From Eledone cirrhosa (taxonomy: Eukaryota): DNA of 64,000 bases. The position numbers were made by a program, and so were the translations under genes. The notes beneath the pieces were generated by a model. The model was not told the DNA's origin and did not search any database. It saw nothing but the letters and a program-made list of their open reading frames with translations. The stretch spans positions 370,140,001-370,204,000 of the forward strand of contig OZ024743.1 of NCBI GenBank assembly GCA_964016885.1. The letters are read 5' to 3'. Below, piece by piece: positions 49,957-61,000 of this stretch; position 1 is the stretch's first letter, and each line of letters begins with the position of its first letter.

Positions 49957-52386
49957 TGCCTGTTCCAGTCATCCGGCTGAGGCCATGCTGGGGCACATTC
50001 TATCTCCAACCAGTCCTTGATGCTACACGTTCTATCTCCAACCAGTGTTGGCTGGCCATTGGAGTAAGAGGGAGTTCATTGCTGTTGCCCTTGGGTTACC
50101 TAAGTTTCGTGATGTGGGCTCATCTGGGATCCTGGATAGCAGAGTGTCAAGATATTTCTTGAAAACATCCACGTCCGCACCATTGCAGATCTCTCAAATT
50201 TCTTGGCAGTTTGTTGAAGAGTTTAGGGCCATTGAACTCCAAACATGCAATATCTGCTCCTTATTCTAGATGTGAAAGACGGGACCATTGGCACCACACA
50301 GTGGCGTCTTGTTCGGGAGTTGGTCCAGCTTTCTATGTCAAAGTTTGGTGCTAGTCCCTCCAGGATTTTCCATACGTGTATGACTGTGTATCTCTCTTAC
50401 CTTCGTTCCAAGGAGTAGAGTTTCAGTTCTTTTAGACTCTCCCAGTAGCTCATCTCCTTCGTCGTAGGAATCCTCTTGGTGTAGCTTCGTTGGATGCCTC
50501 AAGTTCCGTGGTTAGTTTGATACTATGGGGTGACCACAGTTGGAAGCAGTAGTCCAGTCGGCTTAGGATAAATGTCCTCCATAGTATCAATGTGGTCTCT
50601 CGGTCTCTTGTCCAGAAAGTCCTCAAGATCAAGCCAGCGAATCGTCTGCACATTGTCGCCACCCTCATAATGTGTGAAGAAAAAGATACATCGTCGCTCA
50701 TGTCTATCCTCAGGTCTCGTATCGATTTCTACACGGGGATTTCGATTCGCCTTGGTTCGGTGTAGCTGTGTTGTTAGCAAATTGATATTGCAGGGCTTGA
50801 AATGTTCCAGCTTTAAACTGCATGTTGCCCTCAGTCCATTTATATATGACATCCAGATCTTGTTGTAAAATGGTAACATCAGCCGGGTTCTTGATTGCCT
50901 ATGCTACCTTTGTGTCATCAGCATAGCTAGTGGGGGATGTTGTATATACTACAGAGGGCATATCTGAGAGAGCCACGAAAATAGTAGTGGTTCCAAGGCT
51001 GTGCTTTGCGACACCCCACTTGTTATTTATGTTTCCTTTGAGAGGGCTCCATTTGCTACAACTGTCTGGCTTTTGTCTTTTAAGAAATCATGGAACCACT
51101 CTCCTACATTTCCAGTTATGCCCAGTCTGTATAGCTTGTGACATCATTCCGTGGTCAACCTTGTCAAAGGCCTTCGCAAAGTCAAGATATATCACATCCA
51201 TATGTGAGTTGTCCAGCAGTTGTTTCCTACCCAGTCATAATATTGTAACAGCTGTGTAAGACAGCTTCTTCTTGGGCGGAAGCCATGTTGCGTGCTAGTT
51301 AGGCGGTCATTTTTCTCGAGAAAGGTGATCAGTTTCTTTCTGATGATTCATTCCATGACCTTACTGAAATGTGACGTCAGGGAGACTGGCCTATAGTTTT
51401 GGGCCTCGGCTCTGCTTGCTCCTTTATGGATAGGTCATATTGTGCCTTCTTTTACCTCCTTGGGTAGTTTACAGCTAGCCAAAGAACTTCTGAAGATATC
51501 TTCAGTGGACTTGCTAAGGCACGCTTACATGTTTTTAGGAGGACTGCTGGGAATCCATCAAGTCTAGAAGCTGAGTTCATTCTAATTTCTTCTCTGGCGG
51601 ATATCACATCTTCCTCCGTTATGCCTATGTGGTTGATGGTCGCCATTTCTTTGTGGAGTGTTGTGGCATCAAAGAAATCCTCTGGTTTAGTTATTTGCAT
51701 GTGCCTCACTGGGTGTGTGAACATACTGTTGTACTGTTCATTCAGTATTTCACTTATTCCTTGGTCATCATTGGTTAATAAACCATCTTTATGGAAAAGT
51801 AGCCCAATCTTGCAGTGTACCGAGACAGTTTTTTTGGCAAATTCAAAGAAGGCCTTAAGGTTTGTTTTAATAGTTTCTATTGCCCTGGCTTCTCTCTCTT
51901 CCCCCCTCCTTTTCAAGGGAAAGTTTGAGTATAGTTTCAATTTCAAGTAGTGCCTGTTTCAGGTAGGATTCTGTATAGTTCTTCTGTTGTGTAGTTCACT
52001 GGTTTGAGATCTTAATTCTTCGTCTCATAAGGATTTTCCTGTCTCTGGGAATAAGATTTTTGTGTCCGTTGGCCGGGACAAACTTAAGGCATATGGTTTT
52101 TATTGTTGTCATAAAATGTTGAAAATGTGTGTTAGTGTCTTGTGTGGTGATGTTGTTGCTCCAGTTTTGCTTCAGGATCTCTCCCTGGATCTTTTTCCAG
52201 TTAGCCTTGTGAAAGTTAAGGCTGGATAAATTCCCGGTGCTTCCTAGTGGTTGCGTCGTTACTGATTCTCTTATATATATCATTAGATATACTAATTTAT
52301 GATCCGAGAAAATCGTTGGTGTCACCTTTACATTGTGGATGAGCACTGCGTTATTTGTAAAGCTGAGATCCAGGATATTCTCCCCT

Positions 52387-52387
<1 letters not shown>
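49957..52387 (-). mobile_element. Decayed CR1-like LINE (end of APE and RT)
   Basis: Motifs [57 protein letters not shown]. Confidence 0.85.
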
Positions 52388-52466
<79 letters not shown>

Positions 52467-52469
52467 TAT

Positions 52470-52555
52470 ATTATGGTTCTTATATATTTGATATATATTT
52501 ATCCTATCGAGCCCTCTTTGGATTTTAGTCTTCAAATTTATTATTATTACTATAT
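52470..52555 (+). repeat. Solo arm of the 36000-36272 foldback family, embedded in (TA)n
   Basis: TATCGAGCCCTCTTTGGATTTTAGTCTTCAAATTTATTA is shared with about 36224-36262. Confidence 0.85.
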
Positions 52556-52586
52556 ATATATATATATATATATAAATAAAGAGAGA

Positions 52587-52671
<85 letters not shown>

Positions 52672-52874
52672 GAGTAAAATAATGTTGTAAATCTTAACTG
52701 GTTATCCATTTTTATTTTATTAAAATTTTGAGCTCTGCAGTTCGTCCCATAACAGTCCACGTAATCCACTGAAGTTGAAAATCATCCAGCCTTTTGGATT
52801 ACCAAGGACACTGATTCACATCGAGCTTCTATAATCTTTACCAGATATATATTGGTAAACTCTAATATAACCTT

Positions 52875-52972
<98 letters not shown>

Positions 52973-53086
52973 ACGGTAAGTTGTGGGGTCTAGTCTGCAT
53001 GAAGAACTCAATGTAATCCATATGTGGAAAATGTTGTAGGTTAAAATAAATCCCGCAAAAGACATTAAAAGGAAAACAGAGTCATG

Positions 53087-53513
53087 ATATAAGTTAAAAC
53101 AATTAAACAAAAAATCAAGTCATTAAGAAATATACTTCACTGTTTTACGATCGTTTCTAGGTGACGATAATACAACGTAACTATACTTCGATATCGATCT
53201 ATGTAAGGTTATTTACAAAATATCAGATAAAGAGAATATTTACTTACATGCATATCACCAGCTGTTGCCAAAAGCAATAATCTTTAATCATTTAATCTTT
53301 AATAATCTTTAATAATCTTTAATCATTATTGCTTTTGACAACAGCTGGTGATATGCATGTAAGTAAATATTCTCTTCATCTGATATTTTGTAAATAACCT
53401 TACATAGATCGATATCGAAGTATAGTTACGATGTATTATCATGACCTAGAAACGATCGTAAAGCAGTGAAGTATATTTCTAATGACTTGATTTTTTATTT
53501 CATTGTTTTAACT

Positions 53514-53518
<5 letters not shown>
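53087..53518. repeat. Long foldback palindrome (~195 bp arms) with a slippage-like spacer
   Basis: 53087-53281 is the reverse complement of 53325-53518 with few mismatches. The spacer consists of AATCTTTAAT repeats. Confidence 0.92.
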
Positions 53519-53593
<75 letters not shown>

Positions 53594-53621
53594 AATATTT
53601 CTCATTTATTAATATTTTGAA

Positions 53622-53652
<31 letters not shown>

Positions 53653-53701
53653 TATTCAAAATAATAATAAATGAGAAATATTAACATAACCAAAGTATAT
53701 G

Positions 53702-53760
53702 TTTTATTATACATATTTCAAAGGTACAATGGTGTTTCTGTACGTTTTCATCAGATAAAA
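53702..53760 (-). ncRNA. Type I minimal hammerhead ribozyme with intact core, in a Penelope pLTR fragment (53660-53860)
   Basis: TTTTAT-CTGATGA-AAACGTACA GAAACACCAT TGTACCTTT-GAAA-T ATGT A-TA-ATAAAA: 6-bp stem I, stem II with one C-C mismatch, 2-bp stem III, AUA triplet. Confidence 0.75.
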
Positions 53761-54189
53761 TATATAAGAGATTGGATATGCGACATACCGCTAAGGTCTT
53801 GAATCTTCAATTCCTGTAGTGGCAGTAAATTATTTCCCCAGCACTCAACATTTATATACCACAAATAATATGATAAATTTAGAGAGAAGAAGACGTAAAT
53901 CAATGAAGAAATATAGAAGAGGAGTTGAAAGGGAAGATGCGGATAGAAAAGAAGGGAAATAAAGAAAAGAAGAATAGGGAAAGGAAAGGATAAAGTAAAG
54001 GAGAAAATAAAAAAACCCGTTGTATTCAAATACTAGACAAAAATTCAAAAATGTTTCATATTATTTATCAGTGAATACCGCTTGTATTAGATTACTCTTT
54101 AGTTAATTATAAGTTTATAATATATCTAGATTATTAGGCATAGAAGTACAATTAGGTGATAGAAGTTCCGAAGTACAATTAGGTGATAG

Positions 54190-54755
54190 AAATTACACGT
54201 GAATGTAGTTCCATTTAAACAGGTAGAGAAGTTCAAGTATCTCGAGGCTGTGTTCACGAGTGATGGAAGACTAGAGACTGAATTACGTGGCAAAATTGCA
54301 GGAGCTGGTGCAGTAATACGGCAGTCTCAGCTTTCGGTCATCAGAAGAAGGGAGGTAGGTATAAAAATCATACTCACTATTTTCAAATCGCTTTTCGTGC
54401 CGACCCTTACTTATGGTCAGGAATCTTGGAGGATGACCAAAAAAATACGATCACGAATACAAGCGGCCGAGATGGGGTTCCTTCGAAGGATCTTTGGAGT
54501 AACGTGACTCAATAGAGTGCATATCTCCGAGATTAGAGAGTCGCTCCTGATATAGCCGCTACTTCTCCAAGATCACAGTTCCGATACTATAGATATGTGG
54601 TTAGAATGTCACAGGAAAGAGTCGCTGGATATAATTTACGGGCAAAACCAGCCAGGGGTAGACACCGAGCTAAATGGTTGAATAACATCCATAAGCTCGA
54701 CTAGTCTTGCTTGGGGATCCTGCTGAATGAATTGGAAACGGTTGCTTCTGACAGA
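54190..54755 (+). mobile_element. RTE-clade LINE 3' fragment
   Basis: QVEKFKYL, PTLTYGQESW, RSRIQAAEMGFLRRI. Confidence 0.85.
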
Positions 54756-54759
54756 GTCG

Positions 54760-54880
54760 TTAGAACGTCAGATATAGTGCTTTGTGGAATACGTCCGTCT
54801 CTCTGTTCTCTAAGTTCAAATTTGCTTTTCATCCTTTCGAGGTCGATAAAAAAGTACCAATAAAATACTGAGATCAATTC
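54760..54880 (+). mobile_element. Decayed SINE
   Basis: AAGTTCAAAT..GCTTTTCATCCTTTCGAGGTCGATAAAAAAGTACCA. Confidence 0.7.
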
Positions 54881-55105
54881 TTCCTCTATTTCCCTTTCTC
54901 ACTTCCATTCTCACATTCTCTATCCTACTTAGGAAGATATCTGTCGTATTCAGACCTAGAGAGGAGATGGGCTCCGCCAGGTTATAAAAGTGCCCTAGAA
55001 ACACCATGTCAATACGGCGCCCATACGATGCATGCTTCTGATAGGACCCGTTGGAAAGCGTACTTGAGAACACTGCCCCCATGTCCCTTCCAGGAATAAG
55101 GGTGC

Positions 55106-55151
55106 GAAGAAGAAGAAGAAGAAGAAGAAGAAGAAGAAGAAGAAGAAGAAG

Positions 55152-55181
<30 letters not shown>
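55106..55181 (+). repeat. (GAA)n microsatellite, possibly the tail of a LINE 3' end (54890-55105)
   Basis: Repeat read directly. The upstream ASDRTRWK-like remnant is only weak evidence for a LINE. Confidence 0.85.
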
Positions 55182-55182
<1 letters not shown>

Positions 55183-55399
55183 TTATACCAAACATTTTTA
55201 TTTATTTTATAACCACGGGAATGCTCTTTGGTGTTCAGTTAAGACTGTATGGTATTTATATTTATAAACCTATGACGATTATATTTATAAACCTACTCGC
55301 TGGGTGGCATGTTAAACTGACTCTGAGAGACACGATACACCTATTGAACTGGTTCATGAACTTAGATAACTTAGATATTTTTAACTGACTCTGGGCATG

Positions 55400-55915
55400 A
55401 TATGACAACCATAACTGGTCAAGCATGGGGTGCAATAAATACGCTTCAAAAATCCTGGAAGGCTCCCATCCCAAGATTTACGAAGTACAGGGTCTTCAAG
55501 GCTACTGTTGGGGTCATCTTGCTATATGGTTCGGAGTCATGGACTCTCAGTGTCACCCGCTCAAAGAGACTTGATGGTTCCTACACCAAAATGTTATGTG
55601 TGGTGTTCAACATTTCGCGGCAAACTCACACTACCTACAAGGTGACCTGCCACGAGTTTCATTGAAAGTTCGATCACATCGCTTGCGGCTTGCTGATCAG
55701 GTTTACGGTCATGAGGAAGCTGCAGGAAAACTAGTTCTCTGCTCACCAAATGCAAAGCGCCTAGTAGGGCGTCCAAACATAGCCATCGGGACTCTCTTGG
55801 TAAGGGCCACTGGCCTCACTGGTCGGGATCTTCTTGCTGTCATGAGAAATCAGGAAGTCTGGAACAAGAAATGTGTGCATGCGTCACCTTCGATAGAGGG
55901 ATGACTCAAGAAGAA
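55400..55915 (+). mobile_element. RTE-like LINE 3' fragment (second family)
   Basis: AWGAINTLQKSW, ILLYGSESWTL, RLDGSYTKML. Confidence 0.75.
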
Positions 55916-56749
55916 AGAGATATGATGGTTATATTTATACATCGATATGGTGTCCACAATTATCTATATAGTGATTATATTTATAAACCTATATGGTGGT
56001 TATATTTATGCAAAGTCTATTGAGAGGGTTATTAGAGTCAGGACTGGGCGCTTTTTTTTTCTTTTTGCAATCATATTGCCTTCCAGTTTGTTCTCTATCA
56101 ATTAGCTTCCTTTTGTTCCTCACGAAGTGGAGACTTCCCTTTTCTCTCCAGAAATAATCAACCATTTTCGCTGTCTCTCTATCGATTACGGATTAGCGAT
56201 ATTCCTCGAGTGTTATTTTTAGGGGGATGCTGGTTTTTATACGGGGGTGGAATATACACAGCTCATAATATTAATCTCTTCTGATTTAGGGTTTCTAAGG
56301 CCGAACAACACCGCATGGTAACAAATATCCTGCATGGGCACAATGGTCGAAAAAGTATGTCGAAATCTTCCATGTTCTGTTAAGCTGGAAAAAAATTCAG
56401 TTTTATATAACAACACATCACGATGACAATATTGTGTAGCTAAACGAGTGACTGCCTTTAGTTCAACGGTGGCTCATGGGGTGAATATTCACTGAAACGT
56501 CCGATTATCCTGCGAGGTAACTTATGGCAGATATTCAATACTTTTTTATGTTGTATATTTGTATATTCTTCATTGTTTGATTAAGTAATGCAGACATAAA
56601 GTCATGACAGTGACTAAATATTGGGTTGGTGTGCATTAAAAGTAATTAAATATTTCCCTAAAATAACTACTACTACTACTACTACTACTAGAATAAGTGA
56701 TAGAGGGGAAGTGGGAAAGAGATATAGAGGAAGAAATGACTACAGTACT

Positions 56750-56880
56750 AGACTGGTACCGATTTTTATAGACTTCGAAAAGATGAACAGTGGTGTTTGA
56801 ACTGAGAACGCAGAGAACCGCAACAAATACCGTAAAACATTCCATCCGACAATCTAACGACTCTGCTAATTTACTGCCTA
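56750..56880 (-). mobile_element. Decayed SINE
   Basis: Minus strand AGGCAGTAAATTAGCAGAGTCGTTAG head, CAGTTCAAAC B-box-like motif, GTACCAGTC. Confidence 0.6.
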
Positions 56881-57332
56881 AAAATATGAATGTCCAGTGG
56901 TAAATTTGGACTATTATCAGAATTTACAGCTCAAAGTATTTTCTGTGGTATAATGTTCGTTCCAAAATGCAATGATATGTTTTCTAATTATTGTAGATCC
57001 CATTCGGTTACGAATGACCATAGTTTTGTACATAGAAAGTTCATTGGGCAAGGACTGTTTCTGGAAGACCATTAGTCGCCCATATATACCCGTCTACCAT
57101 CTCCACGCCACCAATATTGTCCAAGGGAGCCGTCTTCGATATTTTACGATTTACGTCCGTCTACCAAGTCGAACCAACTGCATCCGCCGCCGACCCGTAT
57201 GCTTGCCTATCGCTCCTGGAGAATCGGCGTTTGTCTCTGTCTTTGTACCGAATTTCTGTGTTCTCTGAGTTCAATCTCGACTCGGTCAACTTTATCTTTT
57301 TAATGAGGATGATAGAAAAGTACAGTCCAATA

Positions 57333-57419
<87 letters not shown>

Positions 57420-57467
57420 TCTCTCTCTCTCTCTTCCCTTTCCCCTCTCTCTCCTCTTTCTCTCTCT
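57333..57467 (+). repeat. (CT)n microsatellite
   Basis: Read directly. Confidence 0.95.
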
Positions 57468-58056
57468 GAAAGAGATCGGCTGTGTTCAGTCAGACATGGA
57501 GAAGGAATAGGTTCCGATAGGTTTAAAATGCGCCACCCAGAAATAAGACTCCTTATTCATAAAAGGATACCCTAAATAAACAAGTCAGGTGATTATATAA
57601 AATGTTTAAGTTCAGTGGTTACCGCAATGCATGAATGGAAACAATACATAAAAAGCATAGTGTAAAAAAATAACATGATATAGGATATTTATTTGTTTCG
57701 TAATAAAGAATAAAAAATACCCATCCTGCTTAGATAGAAATACATATTGGCAATATCAGATTATATATTACTTGACTCGTTTATGCGTAATGAAAATATA
57801 TTTTCTATTCATTTATAACTTAGGAATATGATAAGGTCTAAAGAAATACACAACACAAAGGTACCCGAATAATAGCAAATATTCCGATTTATAATAACTG
57901 ACGAATTATATGTCTTACAACCCCAATTTTGTTCATTAACCTCAGATGTATGGATCTTTTTATGTTTAAAAGGCGAATTGGCAGAATCGTCAGAGCATAT
58001 AATAAAATGTAGGGCATGGGATTGGCGGAATTGTTAGTAATAATAATAAAAATAAT

Positions 58057-61000
58057 GATTTCTTTATTGGCCACAAGGGCTGACATCAAGAAAAACATTA
58101 CAGACGGCACAGGACGGTACAGGACGGTACGATGTGGGTTTTCTTCGTGTAAAGATTTTTATTATTTATATAAGAAAAGAAAAAGAAAAAAAACATAGAA
58201 ACATATATATATATAAACAATAAAAATGAAAATTGAAACAATGAAAAATTCCCCAATGGGCGGGAAACCTCCGAGGGTTACTCGTGGCGAAAACCACACA
58301 AAAGACCACGGCAACCCTGACCACCTGGGCAAGCGCCCTCTCTCAATTTTTCCATTTCTCAAACTACAGGCGTATATTCAGAGCGGTCCCGTTCAGTCGA
58401 ACCATTCTCGCAACATTCACCCACCTTTCAACAAACTTGCTAGAAGGCAGCACATACTTCTCCACCCTGATTTTCCTCTTCAAGTGAAACTTGAAAAAGT
58501 TAATTAGGGATTCGCCGAAGAGGAAAGTGTACGTCTTTAACCCTTTCAACCCTGTCCACCACACAATCTCTTTCGCCATGGCCACCAGGCAGATGAAAAC
58601 CGCCTGCCCTTCCTCCCCGAAGGAAGACGGCGAGACCATCTGCACAATGGACTCAGTCGATAACCGGATCAGTCCTACACGCGACAGCAACTGTTCGACA
58701 TAGCTCCACAAGTCAGCAATGCTCGGGCACTGAACGAGTGCGTGCAGGACGGTTTCGTCGCTCTGTGCGCCTCTCGGACAGGCTCGGCTAACGGCACTTC
58801 CGTGCCTGTAGAGCTTATCTCGAACCGGCAACGCTCCCCGGTAGCACTGCCAGGCCAGGGATTTTTGGAAGTTATCTATAGGCCCTGAGCTGAAAGTTCT
58901 CCGGAAGAGAGCAAACAGCTGATCTTCTTCGACGCCCAGGATCTCTCGGAGAACGTCGTCGCTCTCCCCCTCCACTAGTCCTCTATAGAACGCCGAGGTG
59001 GATGTTCCACCGATACTGGGGCCCAGCTGGCAGAGGGCAGTGAGCGCCTGGAGACATTCCAGTTTCCAAGCGCTATCCATCGGTCTTTTCCTGACCCAGG
59101 ACTGCAGCTCCGTCAAGGAGACGAGCTGTGGTAAAAAGTGCGTAGCGAAAGGCGACATCACCTGTTCACCGTCAAGTAAGCACCAGAGATGTCGCATCTT
59201 CAGCACATGTTTGCGCATCATCAGCCATGGCATGCCCAGTCCTCCACGCAACGGGTGTTGACAGCAGATGGATCGTCTGACCATGGGAGCGCGTCCCTTC
59301 CACAAAAAGCGGAAGAGAAGCCGCTCCATTTTGGTGAGAGTTGGGCCAGGGCAAGGGACGACGGTGAGGCGGTAGCAGATGACGGATGTGATGTATGCAT
59401 TCGCCACCTCTGCCCGGCCTTTCAGGGACAGCTTCCTCTCGGCCCATTTCTGGGTGAGGGAGGCCACCTTGCTCGTCATCTCGCTTCTCTCCATCTGGAG
59501 GTCCGGTCCGAACCAGACCCCGAGCAATTTAACCGGTCCGTCCATCCAACGCCCCACGACGCTGTCGGACGGCATGGACTTGCCTCTCCAGGTGCCGAGC
59601 TGCAAGCCCACCGACTTTTCTTGGTTTATCTTTGCTGCTGTCACCGCTTCGTATTCCTTGAGAGCGGTGCCGAGCATCTGGACGTGTTTGGTGTTCGACT
59701 CCACCATGGTCTGGTGCTCGACTCGGATTTCCCGCATCCTAGTTCGCGTGGGACGCCCCTCATCGCCCCCAGTTTGTGCAGTAACGGCTCCAGAGCCAAT
59801 ACGTACAAGAGGGACGAGAGAGAACAACCCTGCGGACCGAGCGCATGATGCTGAACGGCTGTGCAAGGTGACCGTTCACCCTCACAACTGAGCAGATGTC
59901 GCTGTACATCGCAGCGATCCAACCCCTGAAAACGGGTCCGAAACCTGCTGCCTCGAAGACCGCCACCAGGTACCGATGGTCGGCCCTATCGAATGCTTTT
60001 GATTGATCCAAGTTGATCAGGGCCCCACCCGTGCCAGATTCAATAACCACCCTCTCTATGATGTATCGCATGAGGTGGCGGTTGTCGTGTATGGATCTGT
60101 CCGGAATGGCGCATGTCTGCGCCTCTCCCACCAGACTCTTGACGACAAGCGCCAACCTCGTTGCTATCCCCTTGGCCAAAATCTTGAACTCTGCGTTTAG
60201 AAGGGTTACGGGCCTGAAGTTATCGATAACATCCCCCTTGTTCGGGTCTTTCTCAGCAGCGCCACCGCTCCCCGGCTCACAAAACTGGGAATGCTCCCGT
60301 TCTGCTGCCAGTTGCAGTAGACGTCTGCCAAGAGGTCACTGAACAAGTCTGGCATAAATGCATAAAGCTCGTAGGGCAGACAATCCAAACCTGGCGATTT
60401 ACCCATCGTACAGTTAGCCATCGCTTCCCGTATTTCACCGGCTGTTATTGGCTTTTCGCAACACTGTGCTGCGGTGGTCGAGAGCCGAGGCAGTCCGTCG
60501 AGGTATGCCCTGAAGTCCATACCCCGATCCGGCCCACCGCTGCTCCCGAACAGTTCAGCAAAGTGGTGCTGAAAAGCTTCACACATCTGCTCGGGTTCGA
60601 GGAACACGCGCCCATTTTGGTCAGACAAAGACCGAATTATGGCTTTGTTGCCACGTCGCGCCTCTGCCACCCGGGCCCATTGGACGGCTTTTGTCCCCTC
60701 ATTTTCAGAGCACGCGCTCTAGCTCTGACAACGCAGCCTTCGTGTTTTGTGTTGAAGAATTGGTCGAGTGCCAAACTCGCCGCAAGCACGTCGGTTGTGA
60801 TGCCTGCCCTAAACGCCTCTTCTAGCTTTCTGACTAGCTTTCCCTCTACTCTATTTTCCTCTATCACTTGTCCTTTGCTAAACCTAATCGACTCTACTTT
60901 AATCGCACTTTTCAGTGCGAACCACCACCTGTTGTTGACGACCGCTCCCGTCAACGCCCGCTTAACTAATACGCTAATCCGGTCTTTGTAGGCTTTGCGC

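Noticed and set aside
55920-57330. Possible host exons or DNA-transposon remnants
   Set aside because: No recognisable protein motif, terminal repeats or convincing exon structure.
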